NCBI GenBank assembly: GCA_963823665.1
Contig: CAWGMQ010000003.1
Span: 480,001 to 544,000, forward strand
DNA from: an uncultured Planctomycetota bacterium
GTDB lineage: Bacteria; Planctomycetota; Planctomycetia; Isosphaerales; Isosphaeraceae
Length of the DNA stretch: 64,000 nt
Direction of reading: 5' to 3'
Below are positions 55,358-64,000 of this stretch, one piece after another (within the stretch, counting starts at the first letter, position 1; the number at the start of each line of letters is the position of its first letter). Made by a program: the position numbers and the translations under genes. Below the pieces are notes generated by a model. It worked only from the letters and a program-made list of their open reading frames with translations, searched no databases and was not told the origin of the DNA.

Positions 55358-56797
55358 GGAGAGAAGCCGCTCACCGCGGGCGGGCCGTCGCCGGGCATGC
55401 CGGGGATGGCCCGATCGAGCCCTGAAGTCACAAGGGGTCGAACGACACTCATCGGAATGACGATTGGAAAAAGACATTTCGCGATCTGGTAATGGCTGAG
55501 ATGAGATTCAAGCCACGGTCCAACCAGCATGGTTCGCCGTCGCCGACGCACGCGTTCAACAGATGCAGCCCGGCGTCATCTGCGTCATCTGCGTCATTTC
55601 TCACTCCAAGCTTCTGGATTGTAGCGATCGTTCCTTTGATTCAGTTTCGATCGGTGCGTTCCCTTCGCTCGAGCTTCTGTCCCCGGCAATCCAACGTCCC
55701 GCATTGACATCGCGGCTTCGCCCCGACGCGGCTGAGCGAGCGCCTGCATGGCCCGCCGCTCGAACGCCCCCCGCTGCACACACCTCGCTCCGATGCTCCG
55801 CGCCGGAACGCCTTCCCTGCCGCTCGTCGGCGCGCTCGACGATGACATCCTTTCGTCGCCGTCCTCCGCCCTCCGTCCTCCGCCCTCCGTCCTCGGCTTC
55901 ATGTTCGTTTTGTATTTTCGTCGCGCGTCCTTACGCCGCAAGGACTACGGGAATGCACTCGCTCGGTCGAGGTGGCGAACCATCGGCCGAATTCGAAGCC
56001 GAAACCCCGCCCGCGACCACGTCGCTTCGACCCAGAATCGCCACGGCGCGGCCCGCGTACGCGCTCCATCCCCCAAACCGTGGTAGACCACAATCCGCAA
56101 GTGCAAATGCGAAAACAACTTCGGCCGATCAAACAGCTTCTTTCCACCGGCTCGAAATGATATCTTTTGATAGCAAAAATCGAGACTCCTCGCCTTCCCC
56201 TCGCAGTTCAGAGTCCGGGGAGCGAACCCTGCTCTCGACCGACGACGCGGCAAAGCCGCCAGGGCGACAGAGTCAGCCCTGCGCAGCGGCCAGGTCTGCC
56301 TGGGTCTCGGTTTTGCGGCCTGGTTCAGATGATGGCTTCGGTCGATTCACGAGCCTCTCGCCCCCCGGTGCGAAATGATGCCAAAGTGATATCAATAAAT
56401 AAGCAAAAGCGAGCCGCCCATCGCGCCAGCATCGCGCGTTCGCAGACTCTGCCCTATGGATAATATGCGACCGGTTTCAGCGATCGGCAATAAAAGCACC
56501 CAAAAAAAAGTGCAATCAGTCGATCGACACGGCTGCAACGTCAGGAGCTGCGGCATTCCGGGTTCCAGTGACATGGGTGCTGCCTCGCGCCGACTCCAGT
56601 GTCGGCGATCGAGACTGAGCTATGTAGATTATGGGCCCACTTTCGCGATTCGGCCATTTCATCGACCAGAAAACCTGGGGTTTTTATTCCGATCGCAACG
56701 GATCCAACGATCAACGCGATCGCGGCCCCCGAATCGAAAGCCAACGCGCAGGTTCAATTGGGTCCATTCACCCGCCACACACCACCCGCAAGTAAGG

Positions 56798-59183
56798 TTA
56801 GCCCTGAGTGGGCGTGAGTGTTATCACGAATAATTGATTCGAAGCTCCAGTCTGTGTCGCTTCCACGACCGGATTATCGCTCGTTTGTGGGACTGTCGAG
56901 TAGATCCCGCCGTACATATAACCCAGCACAATGGGCCCGCCCCGGCGTTTGATTTTGACGACGCCGTTCGAATAGGTCGCCAACGAGGGGTTTACCACGA
57001 AGTCGGAGTAGGTTCCGTATAGTCCCGGCAGCGGGGGTAGGATGTACTCCTGGTCGAAGCCGCTCTTCTTCTGCACGAGCGCGGAGACATCGTCGACCCA
57101 GGCCGGATTGGGGGAATTGTTGACCAACTGGCCGTTTGAATAATCGTACTGACTGATTCCGCCCAGGAAGATCGTGCTCATCGCGCCGGTCCGCGCGTCC
57201 ACGACCGGGATACTCGCCGTGCTGTACTGATCGAAGAACTGTTGATAATTGGCCTGGACTTGAACACTTCCGTTGGAGTTGATCAGGATCGGCGAATTAT
57301 AGTTCGTACCCGCCGAGCCCGGAGTGAAGACGCCACCGTAGTACGTCAGGGCCTGCTTCCCTCCCAGGACAACCGGCCCCATATTTCCATCGCGACGGCG
57401 GAAGTTGATCGGATCTCGCAGCGCCTTGTAGTTCTTGATCGCCAGCCGATTGGGAGTGCTGACGATCTGGAAACTCCGGATTTCATCACTGTAGATCTGG
57501 GTGAAAGTCGGCGGAGTCGGGGTGAATGGGATATAACCGCCTTGGAAGTCCTGCCCGAAGACCAGATCCGTCCGATTGCCGATTGGCGCCATCACACCAC
57601 CCGTTACCTCGAACCTTGGGTCGGAAATCTGCCGGATTTTGGCTCCGGCAGCGACGTTCCCGCCGTTCATCACCGCGCCCGCCAGGCCGCTGACATTGAT
57701 CGCAGAGAGTGTGTCGTATGTTGTGTAGTTGGACGTGGAGGCGGTCAAGGAAACTCCGCTCGCGGTGGCCGTGGCGGGCTCGGAGAGCGTGATGGAGTTT
57801 CCGGAGATGGCGGTGATGGTCACGCCGGCGGGGTTCTGGGTGCCAGGCAGGAAAAGCGGAATTCCGGGCCCAGTGACGTTTTGACCAAGGGCCAGGCCCG
57901 TGATATCGGCGACCTGAACCGTGGCGCGTACCCAGCGCTGTGCTGCCGGTAAAGGTGATGGTATCAGGAACCGAGTATCCGCCCGCGGTAAAGAGGGTGT
58001 TTCCCTTCTGGTAGAACTCCTGATCCGCCGAGCTGAGCGAGTTGTAGACGCTCTGGGGTACAGCGGTCTCGCTCCACGGGACGGACCACGTTTTCCAGTT
58101 GGCAGGATCAATGACGATGATGTCCTGGTTCTGGAAATCCGTGGGGAAATTGGTCTCGCCGCTGGTCGTGAAGTTGTGCAAGCCGTTGGTCCGTCCGCCA
58201 AACACGAGCCAGAGGCCCGAAGGAAACGCCTTCGTCGGCGCGACCGCCGCGTAATCACCCGATTGAATTCCTGGCAGCAAGGGAGTGAGCGCGCTGTTCA
58301 CCGGAGAGACATTCACGGTGTACGGAAAGTTGGTGCCGGTGGCGACGACCGGATTCGGCGCCACGGCGGTCGGCGGCGGTGGGGGCGTCGTAAGCCCCTG
58401 CGTCAAGACGACGAACGATGCAGGCAGAGCGTTTGTGGCACCGTTGAGAGTGAGAGGCGTCGAGGTTGGAATCGTCACTGACCCGATATAAGCGGTACCG
58501 GTGCTTCCCTTCTTCTTGACGACCGAACCCGTGAGCACGCTGCCGGCCCCGCCGGCGACAACGCTCAACTGATCAACGTCGCCGTCGAGCTCGCGCCAGA
58601 CATTCGCCACGCCACCGTTGCTTACGCCGATTGCGACTTTGTCGCCGCTCGAGTCTGTGAACTTGAGCTTCTTGCCGAGTGCGAAGAGCCCGTAGAAGTC
58701 TCCGCCGGGAGTATCATCGTTGTCGCCGTCGAACAGGTCGCCGTTGATATCGGTCAACGGGTTCGACGCTGGATTCGTACTCATCGATGCCGGAGTTCCG
58801 TTGATGAAGACGCGGTAGAAGATGCCGGGCTGCAACGGCTTCTTGAGCGTGAGCGTGACCTGCGAGGAGTGCGCGTCGTTGTAACTGGCGGAGACGATCC
58901 CCACGTTTGCCCCGTGACTCGAGATGAGCTCAGGGCTTGGCAGCGCCTTCGTGATCTGATAGTTGGAAATAGAAGTCGCCGGGCCAGGATAGAGCGGACC
59001 ATCGAAGGTGATGACGAGCTGCGTGCTGCCGGGAGCTTCGGTCAAGGACTGCACGACGGGACCATTGCCGTCGGCAAAGGAAAGCAGCGTCAACCGCTCC
59101 AACTGCTCAAGCTCGGCCCGAACAGACCTCGAACCCGGACGGCGGGTCTTCTTCGACGACCCGGACGGTACTGAGAGGAACAT
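56798..59183 (-). CDS. Exported protein with Ig-like N-terminal domain and Kelch-like beta-propeller (frameshift near 57920)
   Basis: ELEQLERLTLLS export-type motif; WLVFGGRTNGLH, TAGGY, EVTGG, VFGQDFQG.Y, FRRRDGN, YGGVFT, IFLGGIS, YMYGGI. Confidence 0.75.
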
Positions 59184-59622
59184 CGGATGCCCCACCTTGG
59201 AGATCGCACCGGACTCTTCATCATCGAACGACTGCAAACAGACTCGCCCGCCGTGTCGGTCCTTCAACACGAACGATTAGACGCTATTATAAAGCTGTTT
59301 AGGCCACTAAGTCTACTTATTTTGACAAACTGGCGTAAATATGGCCTACTTATGCGCGTTTTCGGCCCCGGTAAGATGATCGATGCAGCTCACTGCGAGG
59401 TCAGAGGAACCCAGACATTCACTCTCCGGACCCGGCTCCGAGAAAAGCCAGGCACACGAGACTCGGAGCGGAGCCGCTCCCCCCTGCGCCGGCCGCCTTA
59501 GCGCAAGCAAAAAGCCCCGCCGCTCCCCGCGCCGGAGTGAATCTCCCGCGATGAGAATGACGAGGCCATGTGAACCGTGCTCCGCCCTTGGGCGGCACGC
59601 CGCCGCGTTGTGCTCATATTTC

Positions 59623-60849
59623 TCAGGAGATCCTGACCGACACGCGATCGTCGCCGCGGCAGAGCGATTGGAGAAACCCCTCGTACTGTTCCGCCAATTT
59701 GTCCCCTTGCCAGCGATTCGCCTAAGTGAGTGCGCGTCTCCGGTGCTCCGCCTCGAATTCGGGGTCATCCCAAAGTCGCTCGATCACGGCCAACCAGGGC
59801 GCCACTTCGTGTGCGGTCGGCACCATGCTGCTCGCCGGTGTGCACCGATCCGGAATCGTGAACACGAATCCGGCATCGCCCAGCGTCTCAGGAAGCGCTC
59901 CACGATCGCTTGCCAGTACGGGGGTCCCATTCGCCATGGCCTCGATCGGCACGCGGCCAAGCGACTCCCGCCAGAGTGACGGCATCAGGACTACCCGGCT
60001 CACTCGGTAGAAATCACGTGGGTCGGGCGTATTGGCCATCCGGTGCAGGTTAGTCAGCCCTGAGAGATCGACCGGCAACCCCGCCAGGCCGTCGGCGGTA
60101 CCGCGGCCTTCAACGACCAGGAGAGGGATATCCGGCCGCCGTCGACCGAGCTCGAGCGCAATCCGCGCAAAGACGGCGGCTCCTTTCTCTGGCTGCGGGT
60201 TGATGAACGTCACGTATTTCGGCTCGGAGTTCTCTGCAATGACCTTATCGAGCCGGATTGGGTCGGGAATGACAACGCCGTCGATACCGACTCGGCGCAC
60301 GTAGAGCCGGCGCGAATACTCGGACGGGAAAATAACGGCGTCGACGTCCTCGAATCCGCGCCGATCGTTGTAGCCAAAGTTGTGCAGGTGGAAAACGACC
60401 GCGGTGCCCCTGGCCCTGGCCTTGAGCATCAGCGAACGGCTGACCGGATGCCCGCCATAGGTCAGCAGGATCTCTGGCCGAAATCGATCGAGCACCGTAG
60501 TGGCCATGTCGATGTACAGAGTGCCGTCACGCGGGTTGGGTGCCTTATCGGCGCGGCTGGACGATGTGGGCAGGAGTGTGACGCGCACGCCGTTAACCTC
60601 TAGGTCAAAGACCTCAGCCTCGCCCCCAAGGCTGAGCGCCGCACCCGACCGCGCAGCCGGCCTCTCAATCGAAGCGAGAACATTTTCGATGGGGGTCCCG
60701 TTCTGGTAGTCAAGCACACCGCAAGTAAGTGCCCGGCAGTCCCACCCGCGCCCGGCGAGCAATTCGAGTAGCTCGCGGGTGGCGATCGCCGCACCGCTCG
60801 ATGGGTCGAGGTAGCTGTGAATGGACGCAAACAAAAGCCGATGAGACAT
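59623..60849 (-). CDS. GT4 family glycosyltransferase (in-frame TAG at 59722-59724)
   Basis: MSHRLLFAS...DPSSGAA, FINPQPEKG, LMPSLWRESLGRVPIEAMANG.PVLASDRGALPE. After the TAG the frame continues ANRWQGDKLAEQYEGFL to TGA at 59623-59625. Confidence 0.88.
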
Positions 60850-60865
60850 ATGAAGGCAACCCCCA

Positions 60866-61247
60866 AGCCGCGTAAGCGGCGACATCATATAGCCCGGCGG
60901 CGTAAGCCCCGGGTTTCCTGAAGTTCCCCAAAATGGCACCTACCAGCACGCCAGCCCCGAAGGGGCAACATCATATAGCCCGGCGGCGTAAGCCCCGGGT
61001 TTCCTGAAGTTCCCCAAAATGGCACCTACCAGCACGCCAGCCCCGAAGGGGCGACATCATATAGCCCGGCGGCGTAAGCTCCGGGTTTCCTGAAGTTCCC
61101 CAAAATGGCACCTACCAGCACGCTAGCCCCGAAGGGGCGACATCATACAGCCCGGCGGCGTAAGCCCCGGGTTCCCCGAAATGCCACCTACAAGCACGCC
61201 AGCCCCGAAGGGGCGACATCACGTAGCCCGGCGGCGTAAGCCCCGGG
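60866..61247. repeat. Tandem array of 5 double-hairpin REP-like units (periods 86, 86, 86, 76 bp)
   Basis: The acatca core occurs at 60882, 60968, 61054, 61140 and 61216. The unit is agccccgaaggggc-gacatcatatag-cccggcggcgtaagccccggg plus a conserved linker. Confidence 0.95.
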
Positions 61248-61327
61248 CTCTGTGGGCCTCGGTTCCCTCCACCGACGGTCCGCGCGACCAACATCACATC
61301 CGCCCGCACGCCCCGCAATGGCCGACC

Positions 61328-63688
61328 CTACGACCCAATATCGCCGAGCCGCGCAACCGCCGCCCTGTCCCCCGGGCACTCCGCCAGCACCGCGCGCCAC
61401 TGGCACCTGGCCTCTTCGAGATCGCCCCGCTCCTGCGCCAGCGCCGCAAGATTCCGCCGCGTAAGATGCCCATAAATCCCTTGATCCAAACTCGCAAACT
61501 TCCGCGGCCGCGAGAGCGTCAAGATCCGCCGCCAACATTGTTCGGCCTCACCCGAATCGCCACGACTCCGATGCACAACCGCCTTCCGGAACCACAGCTC
61601 CGCATCCTCGGCATCGAGCGAAAGACCCTCCGCACAGCTCGCCAGTGCCGCCGGATAATCGCGCATCATCTGGAAAGCCCGCGCAATGAGCGCATACAGC
61701 TTACGGACAATCGAATCAGTCGGTGCTGACCCCGCCAGGCTTCGCTTGAAATACCCGAGCGCCTCATTCCACTCGGCCCGTTCAATCGCGATCGACCCCA
61801 GATTGAACAACGTAAACGCATCATCCGGCCGTTCCGCCAGCTCCTCGCGCAAAATGCGGCAATCCCGCTCGAGCTTCCTGAATCGAAGCGCCCGGTCAGA
61901 ATACCCCGTATGCCGCACCGTGATATCCTTCCACACCACTGGTACCCCGGCGCGTTTCAACGCCGGCAGAATCTGCTCATGAACGCGATACGTCCACCGC
62001 ACGCCTTCGATCAGCGGAAACAGCCGGATGTGATCAACAACCGTGTCTCCCCCCGAACCATCAGGCCCCGGGTCACACGCACACCGGACGACAAAGGCGG
62101 GAGCAAAAGGGGACTGGCTCCGGCCAAGGACGCCGGTGCCTGTCCCCTTTTGCGGGCTTCCCAAACACGAATGGTCCCCCCGCAAGCCCCCAATCAACTC
62201 CTCCAACTTCGCCCGCTCCGGCGGCTCAATCAAATCATCCGCATCAAGCCAAAACGCATAATCACCTGTGGCTCGAGCCAGCGCCGCATTCCGAGCCGCC
62301 CCAAAATCATCAACCCACACAAAATCAAACACCCGCGCCCCAAACGACCGCGCAATCTCGACAGTTCGATCGCAGCTCCCCGTATCCAGCACAACAATCT
62401 CATCAAACACCCCGCGCACCGACTCGAGACACGTTGAAAGGTTGGCTTCCTCATTCTTGACGATCATAGTGAGCGAGACAGCGGCACGGGCCGAAGAGGC
62501 GACGGGACCAGATTGAAAAGATTGATCCACAGATGACGCAGATTTGCGCAGATCAAGAGGAGGAATTATCATTGTTGGAGGTGTGGCCGCGGCCTTTCCA
62601 TTTCTTGTTCGTCCCTGATCATCCCGGCTTTCATCTGCGCAAATCTGCGTCCTCTGCGAACAGAAACTCCCCTGTTCATGACTTCGCTTCGCCGTCCGCG
62701 GACTACCTTCGAACGGCTCGAGTGCCACCCTCCGCCCCTGCGGAACCGCGTCGCCCCATTTGGCCGCGAACCTCGCCGCATTCTCATTGAGCACGCGCTC
62801 GGCATCGACGCCGTTGCCCACAAACGTCCTGCTGCCATAGTGGTGCACGAACAGATCATGCGCCACCGCCAGGGCAAAGCCAGCCCGCCTTGCCCGCTCA
62901 GCCAGATCATCGTCATCAAAGAACCCGAGCCCAAACCGTTCATCAAGCCCGCCGATGGCGTCATAAACGGCGCGCTTCATGAGCAGGCAGAAACCAGAGA
63001 GCTTCCGCACGGTAGACCACTGCCCGCGATGGTCGTCGCGCCAGCGGCGTGCAAAGACCTTCATCTCCTCGAGGTCGTGGTAAGGAACACTCTCCACCAA
63101 TTGGGGCGGCGCGGCATAATTCGACATCGGCCCGACCAGACCGATCTTCTCACTCGCTTTCAACGGTCCGCTTGTCTCCGTTTCATTTCCCGGCGCAAGA
63201 TCGATCACGGCGATACTCTTACCGGGGAATGGACGTGTCTCTGGCGGTTGGAAATGATCCGAATCGGAACTGTGTGTATCCATCTTGGATTCGGGGCTCT
63301 GTCCGCTGGATTGGGAGGTTCGGTCGTCGTCCTTCTCCACCGTTGTGGACAGAGCGACGAGCTGATCCAGCCATCCGTCGGTGACGACGACGTCGTTATT
63401 CAGCAACACCAGATACTCACCGCGCGCGTATTGCAACCCCTGGTTGATAGCAGTAGGAAACCCGCGATTGGTGCCGTTGGCGATGACGGTGACGGGCACG
63501 GGCGAGACGTCCTGGACCCCACCCAGATAATCAGCCGTCCCATCGGTCGACCCATTGTTGATGACGATCAACTCCCAAGGTGGCCTCGTCTGCCGCATGA
63601 GGGCCGCGACGCAACGCCGGGTGAACTCAAGCTGGTTCCAGCACGGGACGATGATCGACGCGAGTCGGCGAACGGATTGATCACTCAT
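61328..63688 (-). CDS. Two-domain GT2 glycosyltransferase with C-terminal TPRs
   Basis: SIIVPCWN, NNGSTDGT, LLNNDVVV, GGLDERFGLGFFDDDD; second domain SLTMIVKNEE, LDTGS.D.T, DDFGAARN, WLDADD, RVHEQ, HTGY; then TPRs. Confidence 0.93.
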   Translation of the reverse strand: MSDQSVRRLASIIVPCWNQLEFTRRCVAALMRQTRPPWELIVINNGSTDGTADYLGGVQDVSPVPVTVIANGTNRGFPTAINQGLQYARGEYLVLLNNDVVVTDGWLDQLVALSTTVEKDDDRTSQSSGQSPESKMDTHSSDSDHFQPPETRPFPGKSIAVIDLAPGNETETSGPLKASEKIGLVGPMSNYAAPPQLVESVPYHDLEEMKVFARRWRDDHRGQWSTVRKLSGFCLLMKRAVYDAIGGLDERFGLGFFDDDDLAERARRAGFALAVAHDLFVHHYGSRTFVGNGVDAERVLNENAARFAAKWGDAVPQGRRVALEPFEGSPRTAKRSHEQGSFCSQRTQICADESRDDQGRTRNGKAAATPPTMIIPPLDLRKSASSVDQSFQSGPVASSARAAVSLTMIVKNEEANLSTCLESVRGVFDEIVVLDTGSCDRTVEIARSFGARVFDFVWVDDFGAARNAALARATGDYAFWLDADDLIEPPERAKLEELIGGLRGDHSCLGSPQKGTGTGVLGRSQSPFAPAFVVRCACDPGPDGSGGDTVVDHIRLFPLIEGVRWTYRVHEQILPALKRAGVPVVWKDITVRHTGYSDRALRFRKLERDCRILREELAERPDDAFTLFNLGSIAIERAEWNEALGYFKRSLAGSAPTDSIVRKLYALIARAFQMMRDYPAALASCAEGLSLDAEDAELWFRKAVVHRSRGDSGEAEQCWRRILTLSRPRKFASLDQGIYGHLTRRNLAALAQERGDLEEARCQWRAVLAECPGDRAAVARLGDIGS
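62103..62153. repeat. 51-bp palindrome inside the GT2 CDS
   Basis: 22-bp arms gcaaaaggggactggctccggc and gccggtgcctgtccccttttgc pair 20/22, with a 7-nt loop. Confidence 0.9.
62528..62658. repeat. Element with 26-bp inverted termini inside the GT2 CDS
   Basis: cacagatgacgcagatttgcgcagat and atctgcgcaaatctgcgtcctctgcg pair 24/26. Confidence 0.88.
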
Positions 63689-63703
63689 AATGAAGCCTCA
63701 CTT

Positions 63704-63735
63704 GTAGCAGGCACACTCCGTGTGCCGTCCGCCGC
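63704..63735 (+). repeat. GTAG-type REP hairpin just upstream of the GT2 start
   Basis: gtagca-ggcacac-tcc-gtgtgcc-gtccgcc. Confidence 0.7.
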
Positions 63736-64000
63736 CAAAGCGAACGGCCAAAAAAACAACCTAAGGCGCAGCGCTAGCGCGCCGGATCGCCTCTCAAGCG
63801 GACCGCCGCGCGCAACCAGCAACCGCTAGCGAGCGAGCGTGTGATTCGTGGTCAAAAATCTTGCTCAGCCTCGAGCGATCTGCGCACCTCATCCATGCCG
63901 ATCAGCATCATCCGCGGACAGCTCGGCCTGTTAAGACCTTCTGCGTCATTCTGTGCCATCCATGGTCAGAAGTCTCACACGCCCTCTGCTGCATTTTTCA

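Noticed and set aside
59722..59724. Pyrrolysine recoding of the GT4 amber codon, suggested by the nearby methylamine genes
   Set aside because: No pyl genes or methylamine methyltransferases are seen, the NMG route does not use Pyl, and a point change or error is simpler.
60866..61247. CRISPR array
   Set aside because: The inter-repeat segments are copies of each other rather than unique spacers, and no cas genes are in the window.

Overview
GC-rich bacterial chromosomal window that reads as Planctomycetota, most like Isosphaerales. This is inferred from LE(P/D)RxLL-type export motifs, ECF sigma/Ser-Thr kinase pairs, DUF1800-DUF1501, BlaI-M56 and an N-terminally extended L9. Contents in order: an RHH-HNH pair; ECF plus kinase-TPR; a Pro-rich membrane kinase; a decayed surface-protein gene; a ~3,050-aa surface protein split into three ORFs, head-to-head with a second ECF-kinase pair; blaI-M56-DUF1800-DUF1501; a patch of gene fragments (Fic, ArsR) with VOC and Uma2 genes; recN; a GT-C-like membrane protein; dnaB; two retropepsin-PDZ genes and a D-amino-acid oxidase; rplI-ssb; a broken SGNH/carbamoyltransferase/DUF5989 unit; an N-methylglutamate-type cluster (mgsABC/glxBCD, gmaS/glnT, a monomeric sarcosine-oxidase-family gene); EpsI; a redoxin-cytochrome c-Cu monooxygenase-like gene; an exported beta-propeller protein; and two glycosyltransferases surrounded by, and invaded in frame by, palindromic REP-like elements. 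At least 17 single-base frameshifts interrupt otherwise intact genes, probably long-read indel errors, so several features below are reconstructed across frames. The strongest leads are (1) the methylamine/NMG cluster with a monomeric oxidase in place of MgdABCD, (2) a Cys-flanked helical cargo-like domain in the giant surface protein, (3) in-frame palindromic insertions in a glycosyltransferase next to an 86-bp tandem REP array, and (4) a kinase with near-identical TPR repeats that vary at fixed positions. All family calls come from motif recognition; no database search was run. No rRNA, tRNA, CRISPR array or intact transposase was recognised.
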